This document shows, in pieces, positions 12,585 through 24,497 of a stretch of 64,000 nt of DNA. Source of the stretch: Octopus sinensis (Eukaryota); NCBI RefSeq assembly GCF_006345805.1, contig NC_043015.1, positions 12,524,001 through 12,588,000 of the forward strand, read 5' to 3'. A model generated the notes under the pieces. That model saw only the letters and a list, made by a program, of their open reading frames with translations. It had not been told where the DNA came from and searched no databases. Made by a program: the position numbers and the translations under genes. Positions within the stretch are counted from its first letter, which is position 1. Each line of letters opens with the position of its first letter.

Positions 12585-12960
12585 ATTCTTTGGCCAAATC
12601 CAGACAAATAAAAGTTCTTTCTGATCCACTATCCAGTAGAGCATGTGTCGTGTGATCGTTTGCCTTAACTTTAATGAGCTTTGGTCATTCCCGGGAGGTG
12701 GATAGCTGAAAAATTGAAGCACAATTGAATTGTTGAATTGTTTCTGGGATCTGTGTTACCTTCTGTTTTGATTATGGTGACCTTCTGTTTGAAAGAGGTT
12801 GGTTTCTTTGTCATGCAAAGTTTCCCAGTATCCTTTTCAGGGGCAGTTATTACAGGTAGAATTCCTGGCTGGACATGTTGATTTTGGATGAATAGGCCCA
12901 TCATACCAATTGTGGGATCATTTTCCTGAAGCTGCCGGAACTGGAGGGCATGAAGGATTC
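12585..12960 (-). mobile_element. Ty3/gypsy LTR retrotransposon relic: gag zinc knuckle and aspartic protease
   Basis: Minus strand encodes HPKSTCPARNSTCNNCP*KGYW (CCHC-like) and, after a frameshift, VKANDHTTHALLDSGSERTFICLDLAK (retroviral D-S-G protease motif). Confidence 0.75.
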
Positions 12961-14159
12961 ATTCTTGACAAGTTCTTCACATTCTTGGTGGCCAATTTCA
13001 TTGTTTAAGCAATTTTTACCAATAATTTCTTGAATTAATTTCTACAGGGGAAAAAATAATTATCTATTTTCATTTATTAGAAAAAGTGTTTAGTAATTTT
13101 AATTATTCTTTTTTTAAACTGTGCAATATTACCATCTCCTCTGGTTTCCTTGGATTGCTTTTGTTATAGCATTCTACATGAGAAGAGGTTACTAATCTTT
13201 AAGTTCAGCTCTCCACTATTTTTAGGAGGAGCAAGACAATGTGAGTGGTCATCCATGACCTTCTCACAAGGCAGTATAGCCAATTCTGAGAGAGAGAGAG
13301 AAGAACCTAATACTTGACTCATCCTTTATTTTATCAATCCTGGAAAATTGGAAAGCAAAGTTGATCTAGGTAGGATTTGAACTCTCAATGCAAAAAGCCA
13401 TTTATCTGAAACTCATGAATCTGCCAATCAATTGCCTAAGCTTAATAATGTCCATTTCTCTTTTGATTATTCTCTTTTAGAATTAACATAATCAGTTATA
13501 TATTTTATCTAGATTGGTTGGATCATTAACTTATTGAGATTTTCTAGAAAATAAGCTTCAAATTCTTTAATAGATCTGTTCTCCTTTTGATACCAACTTG
13601 CCCAAAATCTGCCCATGGTTCTATGATACAAATCTTTAATTTAAATGATCTAGATTAAAATCTTCCTTCAAAATTTCATGTTAATTCATGTTCCAGTTAT
13701 TTTGCTAAGTTTTTCATTATTTTCAAAATTAAAACAGGAACAAAAACAGTGTATTTCTTTTGAAATTATTGTTTATATTTTGCTTATATCAGTTCATTGA
13801 CCATCAAGTACCCTAAAATATTGATCCACAGCAAAATATATTATTTTATTATGGTCAGTAGTTTTACAATTATAAACTACATTTTTTTAATAATTTTATT
13901 AAAGGTTTCAACTATAAGAAGCAAAAGGAAACGCCCATTAACCAGAAATGAAACTTTGAAAAACAATTCACTTCTGACACAACCAAAATACAGTATGTAC
14001 CTTTATTTTTTCATACTATGCAGCTATTTATATTTCTTGTCTTTGGATTATCATAACTTGCAATTCTAATTTAAGTTTTAGCTGTATTTGAGCCTCTTTA
14101 ATGCAATTGCTAATAAATTCATTATCTTTCTTCTCTGTTTTGGCTGTATACTCTTACGC

Positions 14160-14500
14160 TTTAACTTCTTTCAGTCATTTGACTGCGGCCATGCTGGAAC
14201 ACCGCCTTTAATCGAGCAACTCGACCCCGGGACTTATTCTTTGTAAGCCCAGTATGCTAGGTGACGGGGACATAAACACACCAGCATCAGTTGTCAAGGA
14301 TAAACACAAATATACACGCACACATATATATATATACATATATACGACAGGCTTCTTTCAGTTTCCGTCTACCAAATCCACTCACAAGGCTTTGGTCGGC
14401 CCAAGGCTATAGTAGAAGACACTTGCCCAAGGTGCCATGCAGTGGGACTGAACCCGGTACCATGTGGTTGGTAAACAAGCTACTTACCACACAGCCACAC
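14160..14500 (-). mobile_element. tRNA-derived SINE, family with internal (TA)n and CAGTCAAATGACTGAAA tail
   Basis: Homologous to the near full-length + copy at 37618-38005. Confidence 0.85.
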
Positions 14501-15103
14501 CTGCTTTGCAACAACATGATATTGGGTCTCATCCTTCTATGCATCCCTTTGGACAAGTGCCTTCTGCTATAGCCTCAGTCTTGTGAAAGAAATTGTATAG
14601 AAGCCCGTTGTGTGTGTGTGTGTGCTTTTTCCATGTCTTTCTTCAGTGATGTGTGAAGACTAATAGACTAGAAATCCTTCATTTGGAAAAGCAGAGTTGG
14701 TAACACAAAGGGTATCCAGCTATAGAATACTGATTTAATAAGTCTTGTCCAACCCATGTCTGCATGAAAAAAGTGGATTAAAACATGACAACAACAATAA
14801 TTTTACATCTTTTCACAGAAAATGAGTTAGTTGCTTTTATTGTTGTCAGCCTCATTGTTATTAAGCATTTCTGTGTCACATGTTCCATGATGCAAATATA
14901 GAGAGTCCAATTGCACATTAGTATATTTCATTGCCTCTGAATTAATTATCTTGAGGTAAGTCAGCTGAGAGGAACCCATTTTTTTTTTAAGTTAAATGTT
15001 TCATAGAGTTTGAATTCAGAACTGCAGATTTAATAAAATAAAAAAACATTTTTCAGTTGTACCTGTGAGAATTAGCATGTGATGTGATTTTATTTCCCTT
15101 TAA

Positions 15104-15324
15104 CCCTTTAGTGTTCAGATTATTCAATCAAACATAATGTTTACTGATTCCCATTGATTTGAATTAATCATGCATTATCTCATATCTTCAAGATCTTGAT
15201 GGTGTAATTACTTAATGTAGAATAACATTGTAGGGTAGGTGTGAGAGCCTGGATCTGGTCAGTTTGAACAAAAAAAAGAGAATAGCTATTTTGGCCGGAT
15301 ATGGCCGGTTTAAATACTAAAGGG
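15104..15324. mobile_element. piggyBac-type MITE, second family (221 bp)
   Basis: TTAA at 15100-03 and 15325-28. TIR CCCTTTAGT(G/A)TT. Related copies at 26859-27075, about 8130-8345, and an end near 2870-2888. Confidence 0.8.
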
Positions 15325-16719
15325 TTAAGGATCCATTTCAATTCACTTAGACAGATGATACCCCTAGACTGAGAAATTCAGCTTAGAATGCTGGTAACTG
15401 ACTGATTCAATCAACTGTAACTTTCAGCCCCATGAAACTAATAATTTCATGCCAAAATCCTGTAGAGCAGGACATATGAGTAATGGTAGAAAAAGCAAAG
15501 AATTAGTATAGTAAATCAGTGTGCAAGATGTTGGAAGGTGTCAGTAGGAGATGATTTTCTCATTGTCATCATTATCATCATATACTTTATTTTTCCTGTT
15601 GGTATGTGTTAGACAGGTTGTTATAGTCTGAATTAGTTCTTATTTGAAGTTTACTGCCTTCCTAAACAAATTGGTGATCATATCTCATTCGTATATTTTA
15701 TTTATTGGCATAGTTTCTATGGCTGATTGCTCATCCTAACCCAAAGTATACTGGGTGCATTTTATTGAGACTCCAGCAATAGAAAAGTTGTCTTGTCCCT
15801 GATAAGACTAGAGTTCTCTCTGCCTCATCTCTGTTCAAGGCAACTTGACGAGAAGGTGAAGAGAAGAGAGAATGGTGGAAGAGAAAGAGTGAGTGTGTGA
15901 TAAAAAAGAGAAAATGATGAAAGAAAGTGATAGGATGAGAGATGTTACATGAGGGAGGAGTAATGGGAGAAAGACAGTGACCAGCAGTTACATTTTGGTT
16001 GTTGGTAAGGAGACTGAGTAGAAGACAGCATGAGAAATGTGATGAGAAGCAGAGTGATAGAAAAGAGTGGGTAATGGAAATGAGAGAGTGATGGCAGAGT
16101 GAATTGTGTGAAAGAGAGGGAGAGAGAATGATGGATAGCATAAAGATGGGTGATGGTAAGAGAGTGTTGAATGTCAAATAATAGGGGAGATATTAAAGGA
16201 AGAGAGGCAAAAGGTGATTAGTGGCTAGCAATAAAGAGGGCTGATTGGAGAGGCATCTCTCATTACTGAGATGGCATGATGTGAAAGAGATAGTGATAGA
16301 AAAAGTAATTGATAGAATATAATAAAGGGAGATGGAGATTAGTAAAGGAGACTTAACCTGGACATGATAGGTGGATGAGATCCAAATGTAGTCACTATAC
16401 TTCTCAATTTCCATCACCACCACCATCCATTTTGCTATATATGCATGGGTTGGGTAGATATTTTCCCTGTAATATTTTGTCATGTTTTTACTCTTTGTCA
16501 TATCTTTTGTGAGCCTCTTGAAATCAATCTTCAAAAAGCACCCACTACACTCACGGAGTGATTGGCGTTAGGAAGGGCATCCAGCTGTAGAAACACTGCC
16601 AGATCAGACTGGGCCTGGCGCAGCCTTCTGGCTTCCCAGACCCCAGTTGAACCATTCAACCCATGCTAGCATGGAAAACGGACGTTAAACAATGAACGAC
16701 TTCAACTCATGTCTTCCTA

Positions 16720-17600
16720 GCTCTCTTATATCCAGTTTCTCTCAGTTAATTTGTGCTATTGCCTGTGCATTCAGTGTAGTATGCTTACCTTATTTCTTTC
16801 TCATGCAGCACCACACTACAAATACAAATATCATACAATCTGCTCTGGGAGAGAAATGTTTGTTGCAAGTAGAGATAATAGCTCCCTCAACTTTTTTCGT
16901 TTCATTCTTAGTCATCTGTGTTTTCAGAACATTCACCTCCATTGCTATTGGGTCACCTAGATTACAAAAACTATCAATTTTCCTAGAAAAAGCTTCTTGA
17001 GTATTGAAAGGGATCTATTTCATATGCATTTTTATTCCCAGCTGCTCCTGAACATCCCACAATTACAAAGTCTACCATCAGCTTACTTGTAATCTTACCA
17101 CACCTCTTGTGCATTCATAGTTTACATTGAGTATACCATATGGAAATTTCTTCCTGCTCATTTTCTACATGTTAAGCATAACCACTTCTTGACAGTTGTT
17201 GGGATCTATCTTTCTTACTAACTAAAACTTTATTATTTACTAAGTTTATTTTCAGACTTCTCAATTCTAAGTTTTGTTTCCATGTCTGGAATTTCTTTTC
17301 TAAACATTCAGCAACAAGAACTAGATCATCAGCATTCAAGAGTTCTCACAGACTGCTGGTCTTAAACATTTCTCTGTTATTGCCTGGACACCTACTTGTA
17401 CACTCAACTCTCTGCCAATTCTCGACTTGGTATGCCACTTCTGTACATGACCTGCACAGCTTTGAAACCACTTATCTATTAGTTTTGTCAATGACAGCCA
17501 GAATACTGAGAGTAAAATCCTGTTAAATTTTTTTTTGCTCAAGAAATAGTGCATTGGTGGTACTTCAGCCTGATGTAAACCCAAACTGTATTTCATCTAA
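16720..17600 (-). mobile_element. RTE-clade LINE reverse-transcriptase relic
   Basis: Minus-strand ORF 17336-17596 ...SVQVGVQAITEKCLRPAVCENS*MLMI resembles the RTE VGVHQG...QAITE...LLYADD region, with frameshifts. Confidence 0.6.
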
Positions 17601-18054
17601 ACGAATTTTCTTCCTCAACAAATGTGATATATAAACATACATATATATGTTAGATTTTTTAATTTTAGATGTACTCTTTATTAGTTTTACAGAGCAGTAC
17701 ATTCCTTATTTAAGATTTATATTTTCTTTACATCTCTATAAATATAAAAAAAAAAGCTATTAAAAAATGCTGATAATTATCCCATAACTCACAAATCCTT
17801 GAATCATTAGTTGCATTTGTGGTATCATATGTAGTGTACAGGAGAGAACTATGATGGTATAGACATGTGATATTTTTAACCTTTTCAGGCCTTTCCAAGG
17901 CAATTAATGTTCAGTTTGACTCTGGATAAATTTAATTAGGTACATTTGTATTATTAGATAGATGTTATTTAATATTTTTAATTGGGAACCAGGAATTCTG
18001 TTCAGATTAATATTTAAAAAATTTTTCTCATAAATAAAATTGTTTCATTTTCAG

Positions 18055-18905
18055 GTGTTGGTTTACGTTCTTTGCATTCTAAGTCATCTCTGGCAAATCC
18101 TTCCAAACCACCTTCTGGAAATCAAGCAGCAAAATCTCCACAGAATAAAACTAATGAGTGTCATCATAATCAGACCAAGCCATCTAAGAAGGTTCTTCCC
18201 AAAACACCTGTCAAACTTTCTCCCAGAATAAACAAAACTCTTGGGATGCCAACAAAAACACCAACTAGGTTCTCTCCCCGGTTATCCTCTATGATACAGG
18301 CCAAGCAGGCTGTCAGGATGCCAACTAAGATCTCAGTTAGTCACCCTCATTGTACACCTGTAAAGGTTCCAGTCAGGCAATCTCCTAGAAACATAGCTAA
18401 GTCAACGAGGAAATACTCTCCCAGGAAATTAGCCAAAAATCCATCTAAAAAATCTATTTCGATGTTGAAACCTTCTCATAAAATTCTCAAGATGTTTGCT
18501 TCTATGTCAAATAAGATACCTTCTGATAAATCTACAAAAAAAAAAGTAAAATCCAATGTATATTATGATAAAGAATCTTCTTCGAATATCATTCCACAGT
18601 CTACTAATTTGCAGACTTCATTAAATCCAATAAACAACACTTCCAATTTGAATGGCCTAAATAATTCGTTTACTTATAATTCCCGTAAAAATCTCCAACA
18701 CAATTGTAAAGGCAATGGAACACAAACTCAGTTTTGCTGTCCAGTGATAAACTGTGAAATCAAATTCTCTTCCAAAGAAAATCTACAGAATCACATGTAT
18801 ATGATGATCCACAACTCATGTAATCCTTCAAAGAGCATTATGGATTCTTTTTTGTCCTGTGAAATCATAAATTACATTTGTCCAAAATGTGGGAAAGAAT
18901 TTAAG
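18055..18905 (+). CDS. ZNF451: ZNF451-like zinc-finger/PIN protein, first identifiable coding exon (basic SP/TP-repeat region, finger 1, start of finger 2)
   Basis: Acceptor tttcattttcAG|18055 (phase 1) with an open frame to donor TTTAAG|GTTGGT after 18905 (phase 0). Encodes CPVINCEIKFSSKENLQNHMYMMIH (C-x4-C-x12-H-x5-H) and CPKCGKEFK. The symbol rests on the PIN-domain similarity in the later exons. Confidence 0.85.
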
Positions 18906-20479
18906 GTTGGTTGTTTCCTTATATATAGAATAAAGTATATCTAATAATTTTTATTAATATTTTTGCAAATATTCATTTTTGCCATTTAAATCACAATCCA
19001 TTGTAGTCGTTTCTGTATCTGAGTTTTTTTTCTTAATACTATATTTTATTCAGTTGTTTGCTTTGTTTGTTTTTCTATGCTAGCATAGGCTGGATGAATA
19101 CATAATGAGGTATTGTTTTACAGCCCTTCTTCCGTGTTCCAGAGCACTATCACTAAGTTATTCAAAGTTTTTTTTTCTTTTTACTATATTGTTAGTGTGA
19201 GTGTATGCATGCACAAGTGTGTGTGTGTGTGCATAAATATGTAGGTAAATACCTCTCTCTCTCTCTCTCTCTCTACATACTGATGGAACCATTTATCTAT
19301 TTTTCTCTCTCTCTCTACACACACACACACTCATGTACAAGGTGTCCCAAAAATATGTATATGCTTATTGAATGATAGTAAAGTCAGGGTTTATCAAAAT
19401 ACCTTTTAGTTTCAAAATCTAATAATATCTACAGATAGAAATTAACTTTTTTTTTGTATGAACATCAGTTTTCAAACTGATGAATCTTCTGGTCCAGGTA
19501 TAGCTGATTATGTGAAAAGTCTAGTGGTGTGAGAGCCAGCAAATGCAGAGGTTATCCTACTGATCTATAAAGAATTAGAGTTAAAGCGGCTTAATTTTTG
19601 GTATAGTTAAAGATTGAAGATGGAAATAACCTTGTGCTGCTCAGTATTCACTATCGCATTTCTAGGAGCAAAGTGTATGTCGTTGATGCTTCTTTAAAAA
19701 TCATATCTTGTTCAGAGGTTCTGAATGCTATTGTTTTTATTAATTTTTTTATTAAGATGGTAGGACCCAGGCAGAGACAGGTTAACTCTTGTTATATATT
19801 CATTATCATCATTACAAAGTCAGAAAACAGCATAGCTCCCATGACTTTAGGAAACATATTTTCACGCTGAGAGTTGCTGAAGCATGGAACAAACTGCAGG
19901 CATCAGTTGTTAGTTGTCGGAGCACTGCATCCTTCAAAACTTCCATGCTTTCTGAGATTCGCCAACACTACACCTGATTTTCTCCCCTCCATACACACAC
20001 AAGCATGTATCTGACTCATACATTGTTCACTTTCCAGACATTTCTACATTACTGCATATACTTTATATGCACTTTCTGACAAGTTGTGGTGCACCTGAGC
20101 ACTGTATACAATAATTTCATTATTATTATTATCATCATCATTTTAACAGCTGCTTTGCTATGCTTACATGGGTCAGAGAGAATTTGTTGAGGCAGATTTT
20201 CTACAGTTAGATGCCTCGCCTGTCACTGACTCTAACCCATTTTTAAATAATAGGTTTTCTCCATGGCCAGACAATTTTTCACAGAAGGTTGGAAATGATC
20301 AGCACCACTTGTATGGTGATATTTGGGATGAGTGATCTCAGTAATGCTTGTTTTCAGCAAGGCAAGAGACAGCTTAGCAAGGTATTTGGCAAGCAATAGA
20401 TGTCCATCCTTGCTTGGTTCTCATCCCCTCCTGTTTGTTTTAGTTCTTCCAGTCATAACTAACTAGCTGAGTGTGCAAA

Positions 20480-20650
20480 ATTTTGCATGCCAATGATTTA
20501 GTTTCCATAGCTGAATCTGTTGAAGATTTAGAGAAAAAAATTTCAAAAGGGAAAGCAAAACTTGAATTCTAGAGGCCTCACAGTAAACCTCACAAAGACA
20601 AAAATGTCAAAATATTGTAATAATTGGTGAGATGTTGTTCTGGAACTCAT
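20480..20650 (+). mobile_element. RTE RT relic (YADD region)
   Basis: LHANDLVSIAESVEDLEKK...LEFRGLTVNLTKTK matches the RTE LYADDL..AES.....KGL.VN..KTK pattern. Confidence 0.6.
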
Positions 20651-21249
20651 GCAAGCTTGGAAAAGTTGATGTGGGGCGGGGGGGATGATGTTGATGATAA
20701 TGATGGCAGTGACAGCCTATGGATCAGATATTAGTTTGAGATAGACATTGTTTTAAGTGAGAAAAAAGTGGGTAGGTCTGTATATTTTTTAAACAATTAT
20801 CTTTTCTCTCATAAGTCTTAACCACTACAGAACTTCTTGATGTTGATGGCATTTCTCTTTACACTATTGTATCTAGGTGTAACTTGTTTCATTATAGTTG
20901 TAAGAGCCTTTAGCATTTGTAGGTAAGGTTTAGGTGTAGTAGACAAAGAAGATACCATTTAGTAGAAAGAGATTGGTCTTTTGAGCTTGAAAAATCTCTC
21001 TCTCACACAAAAAAAAACAACAACAAAAACAATTATAGCATTAGTAAAGTGTTCAATATCATTGTTATGTGGCTTTTCGCCTTATCAAATGTGAGGAAGT
21101 TGTATGCTTCCTCACCCAAAGGGTTAGCATAAATATATCAACTGCATATCTAGAGAATGATATACAGAAGTTGCAAATACTTATTACATTTGAACTCTTG
21201 TAATTTCAACCCCAGTAAATTTCTATATTCTCTGAATGGAAATATGATT

Positions 21250-21883
21250 GGATCTTATCCTTTTGAACGGCAGACAATTTCTAGTTAACTAAACACTTTA
21301 AAACTTCGTATACTGGTAGAATGTGTCAAAATAAAACATTTTTTTCTCTTGGCATTCTTGAGAAAATTGTAATTTGTTTGTTTAACGTAGTTTAATTTTT
21401 CGAATTTTAACCAATCCTATGCTCTCTTTTGAGCTAAAATCATTTGCTGCGTCTAAAACTGAGACAACATCCTGTAACTAACCCTAAACCTCCCCCCTAA
21501 CCCTAAATTTCTTTTTTCTTAATTGTTAAATTAATTTAATTGTTACGCGTGTAAAAAAACTAAAGCAATGGAATTAAATTAATTTAACAATTAAGAAAAA
21601 ATATTAGCGTTAGGGTTAGGGGGTAGGTTTAGGGTTAGTTACAGGATGTTGTCTCAGTTTTAGACGCAGCAAATGATTTTAGTTGAATGGAGGTAATCGA
21701 TTGGTTAAAATTTGCTGAAATGCTCGGATTTTCAGATGAAATATCTTACAAACTATAGAATTTTCTCAATAAAACCAAGAGAAAATGATGTTTTATAAAC
21801 ACATTCTACCAGTATACGAAGTTTAAAAGTGTTTAGTTAACTAGAAATTATGTTGACATCTGCTGTTCAAAAGGAAAAGATCC
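21250..21883. mobile_element. Palindromic long-TIR MITE (634 bp) with a perfect 8-bp TSD ATATGATT, in a ZNF451-like intron
   Basis: Termini GGATC...GATCC with about 290-bp inverted arms. ATATGATT at 21242-21249 and 21884-21891. Internal TAACCCTAAACC/TTAGGG-like motifs. Confidence 0.9.
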
Positions 21884-23033
21884 ATATGATTTGTCTAAAC
21901 ACTGATGGATAGTTGACTAAATTAGACTGAAGTAATAAATGTTAGAAATAAGATCAATAAAAATATTATTGACAGCTTGTCAGATAGGTACAGATTATAA
22001 AATCTTTGTGTAACTATTAACTTTATTGATTTGAGCATGCCAATTAACAATGTGTCATATTTGTCAATTAGTGGTGGTATATATAGAGCTATATTCATAA
22101 AAAAAATATAAAACTATATTATCACCTTCAAATTTGAGATACAAACACTCATAACTTTTTTCTTTTAAAACTTCATTGCAGGAGATTGATACCATGAAAT
22201 TCCTCGAATTGAGCTCTATCATTTAAGTTTAATTAAAATATAGTTTTTTTTTTAAATAAAATAGTTAATTATACTTAAATCCAATTTTTTGCCTTACTTA
22301 TATTTTTTTCCATGATATTTTACTTCACAATTGTTTTGGTACAAATTTTTGTTGCATGGGATCAAAACTAAGAAATTCTTCAACCTTTCTCCTATCATTG
22401 AAGCTAATAGCTTCATAACAACTACTGTTTAGCTATGTGTATTAAATTATGTCTGAGGATGTATATATTGATAGATTGATATACTATTGTATTTATCTAC
22501 ATGTGTATTTCCTCATCATCCAACATACATTTTTCTATGTGGCACAGATTGAATGAGATTGCAGTACAGTATATTGTCACTCCTCTTAACAGCAGCCATG
22601 GGTTGCATGAATGTGTTAAATGAGTAAAAAACAAAAAAAAAATATCTTAAGGGTAATTTTTATATTTATTTTCAATTTTAAATAAGTGCAAAAATTATAA
22701 TAATTGCTTGTCTCTTGCACAATAAAATTTACAATCTCATTATGGAAAAGTGCCTTAGACTATTCACTTTCTTTTGATGATGGCTGTAAAATTTTTGAAA
22801 CATCAGTTGATGATGTCTGCTATTTAAGAGTTAATTCAGTGTCATGTCATCTGTGTGGTTATTATACTTAGATTCACCATCAGTATTTCTTTTATCTTTT
22901 TTAATCTCCTATACACAGCACTTTTTTTACCTAGTAGGTATCATACATACTAGTTTAGACTCTTCTATAAAAACATTTCATTTATTAAATCTGTTGGATT
23001 TTAAAATTTTATTTTCTGTTTCTTGGATTTCAG

Positions 23034-23208
23034 CTTGAGCAAACATGTTCAGAGCACCAAAGGTCTAGTAACCATAATGCCTTTATTAAACCAGTTCCCA
23101 TATCCAGTTACATATGCCAAACATGCTTACTGATATTTTCATCCAAAATTAATTGCTTGATGCACATGAACACAACTAAACATTACTTATCTGCCTTCAA
23201 TTTTCCAA
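23034..23208 (+). CDS. ZNF451: ZNF451-like coding exon (completes finger 2, contains finger 3); absent from the ORF track
   Basis: Acceptor tttcttggatttcAG|, donor CCAA|GTAAGT, 175 nt, phase 0 to 1. Encodes LEQTCSEHQRSSNH...YICQTCLLIFSSKINCLMHMNTTKHYLSAFNFP. Joined to the previous exon it gives an exact C-x2-C-x12-H-x5-H finger. Confidence 0.9.
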
Positions 23209-23275
23209 GTAAGTCATTAAAAAAAAAGTGGGTTTTAAAAATTTTTGTTTAACATTTATTACAGATTAGATTGAA

Positions 23276-23665
23276 GCCTGGTGCAGCCTCCTGGCTTACT
23301 AGTCTTCAGTTGAACCGTCCAACCCATACCAGCATGGAAAGCGGACATTAAATGATGATGATGCTTATGATCTATTACATTAAATCTTCCTACTTTAATC
23401 TTCTTGTGTGTCCATCTCTAATCATCATCATCATCATCGTTTAACATCCGTTTTGCGTGCTAGCACGGGTTGGACGGTTCGACCGGGGTCTGGGAAGCCA
23501 GGGGCTGCACCAGGCTCCAGTCTAATCTGGCAGAGTTTCTACAGCTGGATGCCCTTCCTAACGCCAACCACTCCGCGAGTGTAGTGGGTGCTTTTTACAT
23601 GCCACCTGCACAGGTGCCAGGGGGGTCCGGCATCGGCCACAATCGGTTGGAGCTTTTAACGTGCC
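23276..23665. mobile_element. Two RTE-tail repeats [(GAT)n-ending] in inverted, tail-to-tail orientation
   Basis: The + copy at 23276-23363 and the - copy at 23421-23665 have reverse-complementary arms of about 90 nt. Confidence 0.85.
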
Positions 23666-24497
23666 TTTATTATATATATCCATCAGTTTCCATTAAATTG
23701 TTTGTCGGTAGAAGTTGTGGGCTTTAATTCCAGATTGAGTTGGAATGATGTTGCATATGATATTTTCACTGTGTTTGTTGAATAAACGGTAGTATTTATG
23801 TGTTTTTAGGAAAGCATTTATTTAATGCTGCAATGAATTGCTTACCAATCCTGGATGATATTTGGTGTCCAAAAATTGGATTATACCATTGATTGTTGTG
23901 CTTACAATAAGTACAGAAGTCCACAATACTAAGTTCAAAACTGTTATAACTGAGTATTGTAATTTACTAATATTATCTAAATTGAACATCAGGAAACAGT
24001 GTTCAACATTGAATTGGTAATTACATTTGACAGTCCCAACCATGTGCAAGCATGCAAAATACATGCATCAACATAAGCATAACAATATCACATACATAGT
24101 ATAAAGATACCATGTATATATTGACTGGATATCATCATTTTTAATGTCTACTTTTCAATGCTTGCATGGATGGTGTTTATTGAGACAGCTTTTCTATGAC
24201 CAGATGCCCTCTCTGTTACCGACTCGCACCTGTTTCCACGCAAGATAATATCTCCCCTTATGGCCAGACAGGATTTTGCAGTATATTGTAAATGAATAAG
24301 AGGGACACCCATTTTTAAGTATCACTTGATATCAAGACAAGGATTCTTCAGAAAATAAAACAGAGAGTATGAGAGCTGTGGCTTAGAAGTTTGCTTCCCA
24401 ACCATATGGTTTTGGATTCAGTTCCACTTCTGCATTAGCACTGAGCTGACCTAAGTCTTGTGAGTGAATTTGGTAGATGGAAACTGAAAAGCCTGTC

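Noticed and set aside
15731-16534. Ser/Leu/His-rich minus-strand ORFs
   Set aside because: They are artefacts of a purine-rich low-complexity strand with no domain or splice support.
18072-18944. 290-aa ORF as a complete single-exon gene
   Set aside because: It starts at TTG just inside an acceptor and runs past a donor at 18906 that cuts finger 2 in half; the finger is completed by exon 23034-23208.
21470-21640. Interstitial telomere or chromosome-fusion scar
   Set aside because: Only a few imperfect TTAGGG-like units are present, and they are symmetric parts of MITE arms bounded by a TSD.
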